DNA of 62,950 nucleotides, the filler included, from Reclinomonas americana ATCC 50394 (Eukaryota): the NCBI GenBank assembly GCA_048213135.1. It is 5 parts of 2 records of this genome, joined end to end, with 100 filler letters (N's around TTAATTAATTAA, not from the genome) between each part and the next. Parts side by side here need not be neighbours in the genome. Positions count along the whole stretch, not along the records: positions 1 to 24,185 come from PS015272.1; 4 more parts are not named here. One strand, 5' to 3'. Each line of letters opens with the position of its first letter. Within the stretch, counting starts at the first letter, position 1. Under the pieces are notes generated by a model, which saw nothing but the letters and a program-made list of their open reading frames with translations, made no database searches and was not told the DNA's origin. Shown piece by piece: positions 12,701 to 24,285 of this stretch. The position numbers and the translations under genes were made by a program.

Positions 12701-15528
12701 CGCAACTTATTGTAAAACTGGCACAGCGTAAAGAGTCCTCGGCACTGTCCGGAAATGTACACGGCACCACCGGCGCTCGCGCAGCTGTTGCTGGAAAACG
12801 ATGCCTTCACAATCCTCGCAAGCTGACCCTCGGCGTAAAGGGCGCTGCATGTCAAAAGAGAGAATAAAGTGGCAACCCTGCTTGTGACAAAACATGGAGA
12901 TGGAGGAAGAAGTGCATCACAAACAAACCCTCCAAATGTGGTCGCAGAGTTGCTGACAAAGTTCGAGTATACGACCTCGACGCTGCTGCCTCCCGATGTC
13001 ATGGCCTGTGGCACGGGCACGGGTGAGCATGCAATCAGAGGGGTTCGAACAACGAAACACAGTAGTTATGCACAATACAGCCCCCAAATGCAAATGAATG
13101 ATTCTTGGTGCAGTTGGTGTACGCAAGGGCCACCGTGCCAGAGCTCTCTGCAGCGGCCACGGCAACAAGGAGACAATGAACGAGACGTTTCAAAATGAAA
13201 AAGAGGAACAACAACTGACCGATGGCACCGCCGCTCGAAGCCGTGGCGGAATTCTTCGACAAAGCAATAAACAATTGTCAACGATCAACGCGCAAAATAG
13301 CTTCTCTCTCTCTCTCTGGAACAGACACCAACCAATGATAGTGTGGAATACGAAATGGAGGCACCGCTCGAGTCGGAGAGCCAAAACGCGCCACCCTCGG
13401 TGGCGAGGTTGCTTGTCTGCAGCAGCAGTTCATCAAGATTCTTGAAAAATAGCACCGCAAGACAAAATCGCGACTCGGGTTGTGATGCGCAACAAAGGTG
13501 CTGGATGCCACGGATACTTGCAAGACGTCTGCAAGCACAGAGCCGTGAGTGACAAAAGCCAATGCAAAGACTCTGTCAGCAACACACCAAAGTAAGCGGC
13601 GCCGCCTTTCGCAAATGTAACACCGTCGCCAGTCGCTGCGCTCGCATTCTCCTCAAACGTGCTGTTGACCATTGTCACGGCGGAGCTTGGAGCCGATTCG
13701 AAAGACGAGATGACACCTGCACGCACGCACGAGATGAGTGGTCGACAAAGAACAAGTGACAATCAATGACACGAACCGCCGACAAGAATACCACCGCCAC
13801 CAATGCGAACCAAGTTGGGCAGAATCGGCTGCAGCGGGGTCAGCAGCTGGAAGGTGACGCCGTTGCCGTAAAATGTCGAGTTGTTCACCAGGGCAAAGAG
13901 AGACGGGCTGCTCGAGGTGGTGATGACGGTATAGATGGCACCTGCACGGAGATGACGATAAGAGTGAGAGACCGTCAGCAGTCAGTAGCAGCACATGATT
14001 CTTGCAACTGACCGCCACCAGCCAGCAACTCCGTCAACTGCGCGGTCAGCAAACCTGTCGGCGCCACGGCTGAAGTTGAAAAAGAAGGAAAAGATAGATA
14101 TTAGCAACCATTCCCAGCACGAGTGCACAATTCAAGAACGCAACTGTTGCAGGCGACAATGTTCATGAGGAACCGTGACTGATCCAGAGTCAGGGTGATG
14201 GATGAGGAGTTTTGCGACTGTGTCACGGCTAGGGGAGGGAGGTCAGACATGCATTTTGCGAGACGATGATTCACTGCACGAACCATAGAGAGCACCACCG
14301 CCAAAGTAGATCTCGTCGGCCGCAGAAGGAAGACCACCAACCACATTGCCGGACAGTGTCGAGTTGAACAGTGACTGTCAACACGACGTGTGAAACGCTT
14401 GGCGGACGGAGCGGGACGACAAACACGTCCACGTACCACTGAAATGACGCCGTCATTGATAAGCTCACGAGCAAAGACAAAGATTGCACCACCGCCGAGA
14501 AACACGGACGAGGCGATCTCTTGCCCGCTGGCGCTATTGTTGTCGATTGTGCAGCGGGTAGTATTGACAGCACTTGTCGCCACTCCGCCGATCGAGTCGG
14601 TGGACGAGAGCACGTACATCGCGCCGCCGCCCTCGAACGCAGCGGAACCGGTGGGCAACGTGGTGCCCACGAGCGTGGCCGTGTTGAGACTCAGAATCGT
14701 GTCGGCCATGGTGGCGGTCGAAACCGCCGTGTTTACTGTGTGACACGCACAAGAGACGGAGCAATGAGTCACGGACACGCCACAGTACACAACACGACAG
14801 CAAGGCGCGCACTTGCAAAAGAGTTCACGTAGAGACATCCACCGCCATTGGCGGCAGTCACTTGCCCACTATTGGTCGTCAGCTGAACGGAATTGACCAG
14901 GCACTCCACATTGTTGAAGTTGACCGATGAGGTCGCGGTGGTCACACTGAACGAGTTCACATAGAGTGCACCACCGCCAACGCTGCACGCACGCATGCAC
15001 CACGCCTCAGGTCATGTACAGAGAATACGGACAGCTATAACAAAAAGGCACGCAACGACAGCGTGCCGCCAGTGCTCGCAATAACAGCAAAGAAATTGTC
15101 GTAGAAAATAACCGAAGTGACGTTGACCGTGGTGAAAGCGTGTGAATTCGAGCCTATTGTCGTCAGCGGAGAGCTGCAGACGGGCGTGATGAAATCAGCT
15201 GTGCGAAAGGCACCACGTACATCATAATACGCGGATCGCAACTTGGAAAAAATGTACACGGCACCGCCGGAGGCTTGCTGACCGGCGGTGGTGCAGTTGT
15301 TGACAAACACACTATTCGCCACGAATCTGCTGTATGCCAGCATGACGTTGGTGTCCATTGAGCGGCCGAGTGCTGTGACGTAGATGGCGGAGCCTCCGCT
15401 CGCCATTCCGAGGTCGCCAACAGCGGCGTTATTGATGGAGACAGAGTTGGCGCCAAAGGTTGAGTTGTACACGGATAGGTTAATGGAGCCGGGACCCTGG
15501 ATGTCACGGAGGGAATACAGAAGGTTGA

Positions 15529-15570
<42 letters not shown>

Positions 15571-18500
15571 GGTCGCAGGAACAAACAAATGCAAGGACAA
15601 GTATGCAATGAGGGCGAATCGTCAGACAAGAACACCGATTTGGTCAGTTCGTACCTGCAGCGACACCGAGGAGAACAACATGCCGCCACCACCGCATGTG
15701 GTTGAACCGAAAAAACCACGAGATCCCACAGAGTTCAACAACACAGACTGCCCCGTCACGAGAACATTGTTCAAGGTGGCCTGCATCAGCCCCTTGCCAT
15801 CATACGAGTCCACCAGGACTGGAGATAAAAATGCACATGAGGGTGGTTACACAGCAACGGATGCCCACACGATACACGCAACATGAGCCGGCCGCTCCGC
15901 CGACGATAACATCGCCTTCGGGTGAGTTGCTGTATGAGCCGTCGAATGCATTGTTCGTAAACGTGCAGTTGGTAAGCGCCACATTGACCGACGCTTGGGC
16001 ACTATTGTAGATGGTGACGTTGAAGGCGCTCGCCACATCCGCGAATGCTTTCGACGAGAGGAGGGCAAGCTTTAGTCAAGAAAGAGAGAGAGAGGAGACA
16101 GGGGGGAGATAGGGAGGAGAGAGGGAGGAGAGAGGACGGAGAGGGGGAGGAGAGAGGGACGAGAGAGAAAGGGAGAAGGAGAGCGAGAACGAGAGAGAGA
16201 GGGAGGAAAGAGAGACGAGAGAGAGAGAGAGGGAGGGGGGAGAGTAGTGAGGCGGAGGAGAAAGAAAGAAAAAGGAGACGGAGAAAGAGATAAATCAAAG
16301 AGTGAGAGAGGGAGGAGAGAGGGATAAAAGAGTGCAACGGGGGCAGAATTGCATAGAGGTGCATGGCGTAACACAGAGGAATGCATGCCTCCGCCTTACC
16401 GATAACTGCGCCCTATAACATACACGCAGGTTGAGTTAGCACGGAGATGCAGCGCACGCGTGTTAACTACCCAGGCGCAACTCCCTGCAGCGACACAGCG
16501 TCGAGTGAGCAACAAGGTGGGCACGCAGATGAAGCAAAGGAAAAATAATTCGCAACATTGAGATTCGCGCCGCCTCCAGTGTTGTACAACGTTTTCACCT
16601 GTACCCGCCATGTAATTATTATGAGGGCTCCATCAGAGAGCGCAAACACTGGCGATGCGCACCAGATTGGAAGAAAACACAGTCGTCTGAATCGTCAATT
16701 GCAAGTAGGCCGATGCATACGCCGCCAACGACCACGCTGCATGCATGAGAGAGACACATAGTGAGCACACTCAAGTATTTGCCGACTCGTCGGCGCCCTC
16801 ACCTTGAATGGCGGCTCCACCGTTGAGATTGGCACTCACAAGCGTATAGGCCGAGTTGGCGATCACTGTGTTGGCAGAAAATGTGGAATTGTACACAGAG
16901 AGCGTGACATTCGAGCTCTGCTGGTAGCCGGTGCATCGGCACATGATGGCGCCACCTGTCGCATAGAGTGCAGATCAATGAATAGTGATATGCAGGACAA
17001 GGGGTGACAATGAACCGCACCACCAATATCGTTGCCACCGTGCGATGTGGAGTTGTTGGCGACGACCGAATTCGCGGCCCACAACGTGCCACGGACCGAC
17101 AACGTGCCGGAACATGAACCCATAGATGATGAGCCGCCGATCATCAGTCCACCTACACCGCCCGCAAAAGTGTGAAATTGAAGCTTGAGAGATGCATGAC
17201 GATCTAGAAAAAAAACAGACCGCCTCCGACAGCGACCGTTGCCACTTGCGCGGTGGAATTGTTGCCAGTGACCGTGTTGTTGTAGAACTGACAGGGGCAC
17301 AGCTGAGGACACGAAACGCAAATGCATTCACACAGCCGTGCAATAGGGCAGACGCACCACAGAGTCTTCGACTGAAACATCGAACGAAGATCCCAAAGCT
17401 GGCGCCGTGAAAGTGGAGTTGTTTTCTTCCGCGGCGTACAGGAACACAGCACCGCCTGCGGAGAATGGGAAGAGAGTGAGGAAGAAAGATAGAAGAGACG
17501 AAATGCGAGACAGCATGAACAAAGAAGAGGGCAGAGTGGGGCACGGAAAGTGAGTAAGTATTCAGTGGAGAGAGAGAGAGAGAGACAGAGACAGAGAGAG
17601 AGACGACAACGAGAGAGAGAGAGAGTGACACACACAGAGAGCCAGACAGAGAGAGAGAGAGAGAGAAATAGAGAGGAGGGGAGAGACGCGCACAAGACGG
17701 ACAACGAGAGAGAGAGAGAGAAAGAGATATGTCAGACACTTATTGCTCCGAAAGACAAAGAGAAAACATCGGCGCGTGTGTCAGTTGTGCGCGCTTCTTG
17801 ACTCCACCTCCGTTGCTCACGACGATCAACAACGCATCTGCGACCGAGATCACAACATAGTGAGTGACGAGCCAGCAGGCATGATTGCGATCTCGGAGGT
17901 GGAGAACAAAGCAAGGCACGCCTCCTGAGCGACTCACCGTGATTATTAGCTGTCACCGAATTGCTGGAAAACATGGCACCACGAACTGTATCACAACGCT
18001 ATGTCATCAACCAGGAGGTGGCGGAAATACGACAGTGACGGCACTTACTTTGTGCACTGACAGTGGCTCCAAGACCGGGGGTTTTGGCGTACAAATAAAT
18101 GGCACCTGCCGATGCATACAGTGAGGACACTTGTGAGTGACCGATTCGTGTGTGAATCACACGCACCTCCACCGGTCTCATCTTCCTTGACGGTCGCCGG
18201 TCCCACCACAACGGAATTCTGCAACGGTGTGTGCGCGACCAGTCAACGACGACTGCCATCGCACAACACAAAGATGCACATCATACGACTCCAACGCAAC
18301 ACCGGTGAATGTGGAGTTGACGATCGATGCAGTGCACACCGAACCTACAGCAGCAGACAGGCTCACCAAGTGCACCACGGCACCGCCACTCGCCGAAGGC
18401 GCCAGGAACTGCGCATGAATGTAGCCAGTGAGAGGAGAAGTGACGATCGAAATACCGCACAACTGGTAGACGGGACACACTTGGGTTATTGAGCTCTGCT

Positions 18501-20864
18501 GCGACGGCACGCTTATCGAGTTGTCGTTGCCTGTGACGCGCAGCATGTCGATGTTGATTGTCGGCACAGCGGCGGTGTAGGCAAAGGCCATCACGGCACC
18601 GCCGACCCAGTTGCCGTCGGTGGACCCGCAGTTGGTGAACACGTTTGTATTGTTGTACAGATGGACGTCGGTGAGAGAGATGGTCGTGTTGGAGGTGCCG
18701 CTGCCGAGAGATCTGCGGGGAGGGAGAGAGGAGATTTAGCAGCTGTGTAGAGGCGAGACAGAAACTGAAATGTCCCAGTTAGTTGCGCCACGCAACTGCA
18801 CACACAGTGCCGCGCCACCGCCAATGAGCGTGCCACTCGCCACCGGAATGATGATATCGCCACCAATCGAAAAATTGTCGCTGAAGGTGCTGTTGCTGGC
18901 CGACACGGCCAACTGCAAGGAATTCACAACAGAAAGGGCGGTCACCATAACACCAGCTGTCATCAATACAAAAAACACGGAATGAGACGAAGCAGCGACG
19001 AGGGAGAGGGCGATTCCACCTCGGATCAACACGTACCGCCGCAAACAGCGCCAACGGGGTCTGCCACCTCGATTCCGAGCACCTTAATATTGTTACCGCT
19101 GACAAGCGAATTGACAATGTCGACGGCAAATAACGAACTCGTCCCCACGCTGGACACGAAGACCAGCACAGCACCGCCGCCCAGAATCAGGTTGCCTTCG
19201 GCAACCACGGCATCCACGGTCAACAGCTGGTTCATAAGCTGACATTGCACAATACTGATCTGCGCAACACCGTTGTTGGGTGCACTGCCGGTGGCAAAGG
19301 CGAGGCCGGAGCCACCGTAGACCACCGAATACTGACTCGCTAGCGAGGCAACGAAGCCACCGAGCCGGCAACTATTTCCCGACATCACAGTCCGCACTAG
19401 AGTGACATTGGCCGTGGTGGCGGCGGTGGGTTGTACAACGAACACGGCACCGCCTCCTGCCGTCATGACAGCGACCACTGGTAGGGCCTGTGTCGCCGAT
19501 CCAACTACTACGGCTGTGTTGTTGTACCAGATGCAGTCGGTGCACAAAAAGTTGGTGACGGTGGCATACAGGGCGCCACCGCCCACCGCCACCAGGATGC
19601 CGGTGACGTTTGGGGCGTACACCTCCAGGTAGTTGTTGGAGAGCGTGACGTTTTGCATCACCAACGTGCCGGCCTCCACGGCCACCGCGCCGCCAACAAA
19701 CACACCGGCCACGTGCTTCATGTACGCGCGATCAAACAGCGAATCCGTAATCGTAGTCACTCCTGTGGTGTTCAATTGGATGGAGAGAGCGCGCGTTTCC
19801 ATCCTCATGCCGGAGAACGTACACCTCGACACTGTGGCCGCCGACTCTGCAATCACAAACATGGACGCCTGGCCAACGGCGGAGAGACCGGAAATCGTGC
19901 CCACGTGCTGGCTAGACACCACCATGCTGGTCGGCGTCTCAGAGTGCAGCACCGCCACGTTGGCGGGGTCGTACGCCTGTAGCGTCGCCGACTGCACGCC
20001 AATCACCGTGAGAGAGGCCGTGGGGAAACCCGTCACGTTGTAGAGGCCGCCGAGGAGAAACACCGTCACCACGTCGCTGGTCTCCGGGCAGGTGGCAATC
20101 GCTCCCCGGATGGAGCACGGCGTCGCCGGCGACGTGCATGCGGTGGTGGTGGTGGAGGTCGGGGAGGCGTAGGAGGTGCATGTGAGGGCGTCGGTGAACG
20201 AGATGAGCGCTGTAAGAGAGAGGGAGGGGGTGAGTCGGAAGGGGGAGGACGGGAGAGAAAGGAGGGAGAAGGGGGAAGACGAAGGGGGAAGAAGGGCGGA
20301 AAGGGGAAAGGGAAGACGGAAGAGGAAGACGGAAGGGGGAAGACAAAGGGGGAAGACAAAGGGGGAAGACGAAGGGGGAAGACGAAGGGGGAGACGAAGG
20401 GGGAAGACCAAAGGGGAAGACGGGAGAGGGGAAGACTGAAAGGGGAAGACGGAAGGGGAAGACNNNNNNNNNNNNNNNNNNNNNNNNNNNNNNNNNNNNN
20501 NNNNNNNNNNNNNNNNNNNNNNNNNNNNNNNNNNNNNNNNNNNNNNNNNNNNNNNNNNNNNNNNNNNNNNNNNNNNNNNNNNNNNNNNNNNNNNNNNNNN
20601 NNNNNNNNNNNNNNNNNNNNNNNNNNNNNNNNNNNNNNNNNNNNNNNNNNNNNNNNNNNNNNNNNNNNNNNNNNNNNNNNNNNNNNNNNNNNNNNNNNNN
20701 NNNNNNNNNNNNNNNNNNNNNNNNNNNNNNNNNNNNNNNNNNNNNNNNNNNNNNNNNNNNNNNNNNNNNNNNNNNNNNNNNNNNNNNNNNNNNNNNNNNN
20801 NNNNNNNNNNNNNNNNNNNNNNNNNNNNNNNNNNNNNNNNNNNNNNNNNNNNNNACACACTACT

Positions 20865-20942
<78 letters not shown>

Positions 20943-21081
20943 CCACCACCACCACCAAGAGCGCAATCCCACCTGTTGCAGTCAAAATCACCAGCAACAC
21001 CGCCAGGCGCCCTCTTACAGCGCACTTAAGCGGCGACACAGCGCCACCTTCGCCACCGCCATGCCGCGGATATCGACGCAT
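6739..21081 (-). CDS. Large multi-exon surface/receptor-like protein: signal peptide, polymorphic-membrane-protein-like (GGA[I/L/V] + FxxN) beta-helix, Cys-rich stalk, multi-pass TM C-terminus
   Basis: ATG at 21081 gives a hydrophobic leader (RLAVLLVILTAT|ALISFTDA) via a phase-1 intron. Many GGA(I/L/V)Y and FxxN motifs occur from 10900 to 20200. The stalk reads CLQCPNHLVCNGG..NYW..LCPYDYC (10080-10210) and GRDPASPMCGQCLPGY (9855-9910). Hydrophobic exons lie at 6900-8650, including YRPAFWWYELVQLLRR. TGA is at 6739-6741. Confidence 0.85.
9050..9530. repeat. Intronic purine-rich minisatellite, ~120-135 bp unit, 3-4 copies
   Basis: aaagggcraagayaatgaagaacatgcag recurs at ~9165, 9300 and 9430; aggctggaaga also recurs. 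Confidence 0.8.
20220..20940. repeat. (GGGGGAAGACGAA)-like satellite, gap and (CT)n microsatellite in the first intron of the Pmp-like gene
   Basis: Direct reading of the sequence. Confidence 0.85.
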
Positions 21082-21465
21082 ACCCACACCCGCTCTCAAG
21101 AGTGCGTGGCCTCTGCGCGCACACGACTCAGAAAATCACGATGATGGGACTGAAAATATACCTCGGCGGCAGAAGGATGAGGTTTGTTGACTCTGACTCT
21201 GCATCACAGGCCGTGCCCCTGCTTTTCTCGCCAAGACAATGCCTCTGAGAAACAGCTGCTTCTATTCCGTGTGCGCAATTGCATAGAAACTGGGCGCTGC
21301 GCATATGTGGACCAGGCAACACTTCACCTTGTCAGCTGGTCGTCTCTTTCGCCGATGAGGATCAGCAATCTCTGCAGTACTAACGTGCTGCACTCTGTCC
21401 CTCTCATTGAGTCTGCGCTTTCAAGTCACAGCCGAGGTTCATTTGCTTGCTGCTCCTTTCACGCA

Positions 21466-24185
21466 TTAGAATATTGTGCTTCCGGCACCGGCACGCAGCG
21501 ACATGGACAGCTGCAGCTTGTCAAAGTTGGAACCGGCGGCCACAAACGCACTGCGTTGCGTGATATCGGTGAGTGACACACGACACGAAACAGCACACTC
21601 CCCTTTCCCCTTCGCGCAACTCCTTTGGCTGGTAATCACCCGGTCCGGGCGTCATGTTGCGCGTCCCCTGTGCACGCGTCTCGCACAGCGGTCCGTCGCG
21701 CTTCTCCCTCCCAAAGCTCCACGCCGGTTGCTGGCGCACGGCTGGCGACGAGCTGGGGCGGTACACCGGACCGGGGCTCTCTCGACCACAGAACTCCTTG
21801 CTGAGGGCGGCCGACAGCACGCGCTGCCGCATGTGTTCCTGCGAGAGGCCGAACCCGAATGCCGGTGGCTGTCGCATGCGCGACGAGGACCAAAATGTCC
21901 GCATGCCGGTGAACTCGCCGGGCCCGGGTCCCGGGGCCACGTAGCGCTCCTTGGCGCGTTCGAGTGCAGCGCGATTGCGCAAATTCTCCTGCACGATTTC
22001 CGACTTGGCGCGGCGCAGTGCCTCCACGCGTCGACCCTTGCCGGTGAGATCCGAGAGCGTCTTTAGTCGATCGTACTCACGCCGCCTCTTGGCGTGCTCC
22101 ACGGCCTCGCGACGGTCCATCTCCTTCAGTCGCATCTCCTCCACCCGTGTCTCGTGCTGTCTCCGCAGCGCCTCCTGCTGCCGCTGGAGATTCTCCTCGG
22201 CCTCGCGCAGCTTCCCCTCGATACGCTCGCGCTTTTCCTCCTCCTCACGCAACGCTTGCGAGCGCGTCTCCAACCGTCGCTGCTCGCGCTCCTGCTCCTG
22301 ACGCTCCCGCTCCCGCCTATCGTTCTCCATCTCCTCGGCTCGCCGCTGCAGTCGCTCCTCGGCGGCACGCTGCTTGTCCAGGGCCGCCTGAATGCGAGCC
22401 GCCTCCTGCTCCGCATTACGCCGCTGCGTTTCGGCAATATGATGCGCCTTCTCCTCGGCCTTGCGTCGCATGTCCTTGCGGTGCGCCTGCCGCGACTCGG
22501 AGAACTCCTCCATTTTGCGCTCGTGTTCCCGCGCCCGGTCGCCAAACTGCCTGCGCGCCTCCTCCAGCATGTGCCGCTGTCGATCCGCAGCCGCACGCTG
22601 CCGTTGCTCATTCTCCTCCCGCAATCGTGCCAACTCGGCTGCACGCTCACGACGAGCGGCCTCCTGAGCGCGCTCGCGCTCCTCCACGCGCTGCTCCAGC
22701 TCCCGTTGTGTGGCCTCGGCACGATCGGCGGCCTCCCGCTGCATCTGCTCCAGTCGCTCTTGCCACTTGCGCTGCCGGCGATCGCGCTCGGCCTCCTTCT
22801 CGCGCATTTCTTTTTCGAAGCGTGCCTTGTTGACCCTTAGTTAGCAACAATGGAGGGAAATGAATTGAAAAGGTGGGGGTTAGACGCACCTTTTCTCGCT
22901 CCACCTTCTCCTCGTGCTCGCGGGCCATGCGCTCATTGTCGGCAATGATGCGCTGTGTGGCCAGGGCACGTTTGCGGCTTTGTTCGGCCAGCGCAGAGTA
23001 CTTGGCCAGCAGCATCTCACTTCGGCGCTTGGACTGAAGGGGGGAAGGGGGGCGGGATTGAGTAGGGGGAAAACGAGGAACAAACGCGACTGGAATGCAC
23101 TAAGTTACACACACGCACGCACACGCACACGCACACACATTGTCAACACATACCTCTTCCAGGCTGGCCTTGACTTTGCGCTCCAGCATTTCGGTCGTGT
23201 CGCCGTGCTGCGCGCCACCACGCATAATTTCACGGCGTCGTTCGCGAACGAGGGCGAGTTTCTCTGCGGGGCGGGGAGAAGAAGGTTGGAAGGGGGAAGG
23301 GAGTATCCAGAAGGGCAGCACACAGAGACAGCGAGAGAGAGAGAGAGGGAGGGAAAGGGAGAGAGAGAGGGAGGGAGCGAGCAGTGAGGGGAAAAGGGGG
23401 CGGGAGAAGGATGACGAGTGCGAGAAATAGGGGTAAACAGAGAGAAGAAGAGGAACGGCGAGCAGAGAGAGAGAGAGAGAGATGGGCGAGCAGTAAAAGA
23501 AGGGACGTGCAGCGAGAGAGCACGACAAGAGTGAATTTTGAGGAGCGAGGAGAGGAAGAAGGATCGGAAGAAGCGAAAGAGAACGATGCGAGTAGTGAGA
23601 AAACAGGAAAAACAGTGAGACAAATGGGTGCAGGGGCCACAGCACAGGAGGCAAAGCAGCGAGAAAATGAAGCGAGGAGTGAGAGAAAAATGGAGATCAG
23701 TGAGAAAAATGGATAACAGCGAGAAACATGGGCGCAAGCGGCCACAGAATAGGAGGATGAGCAGCGAGAGTAGGAGAGAGCAAGCAGTGAGAAAACAAGG
23801 GATACACACTGAGAAAATGGGGGCGAGCGGCCACCGAGGACAAGCAGTGTGAGGGCAGTGATAGTCGAATGAAAACCGACATCGTCGAACTCACCTTTCC
23901 GTCGATTCTCCACATGCTCCCAGCGCATTTGAGCCACATCCTCCTTCACGTTCCCATCCTCGAGAAAGTCCGCAAGATCTCTGCACCACGCGTTCCATGA
24001 GAAACGATTTGTTTCTTCAACGAATCCCTCCCTCGATGCACACCACGCACCGCTTCACCAACTCCAGTGCCGAGATGCCTTCACTGAGACACGCGTCGAT
24101 GCTACGCGGACTCGTCAGCAGAATCGTATGCGAGCCGACGGCTTTGATGTCTTCGGGGAAGTTGTCGAGAGAGATGACAGTCTCG
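21466..24185 (-). CDS. Coiled-coil protein with C-terminal SHIPPO/ODF3-like PGP repeats, likely axoneme-associated; 5' end lost in gap
   Basis: N-terminal exon reads ISLDNF...LLTSPRSIDACLSEGISALEL (24050-24185). A long E/R/Q-rich helical exon spans 21620-22840 and ends with PGPGEF, SPGPVY and PGPGDY motifs plus PAFGFG and PAWSFG. A plausible last exon ends ...AGSTIF* at TAA 21466-21468. Confidence 0.8.
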
Positions 24186-24229
24186 NNNNNNNNNNNNNNN
24201 NNNNNNNNNNNNNNNNNNNNNNNNNNNNN

Positions 24230-24241
24230 TTAATTAATTAA
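24230..24241. other. Artificial contig linker TTAATTAATTAA inside N run
   Basis: Palindromic 12-mer with stops in all six frames, flanked by ~44 N each side. Confidence 0.95.
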
Positions 24242-24285
24242 NNNNNNNNNNNNNNNNNNNNNNNNNNNNNNNNNNNNNNNNNNNN

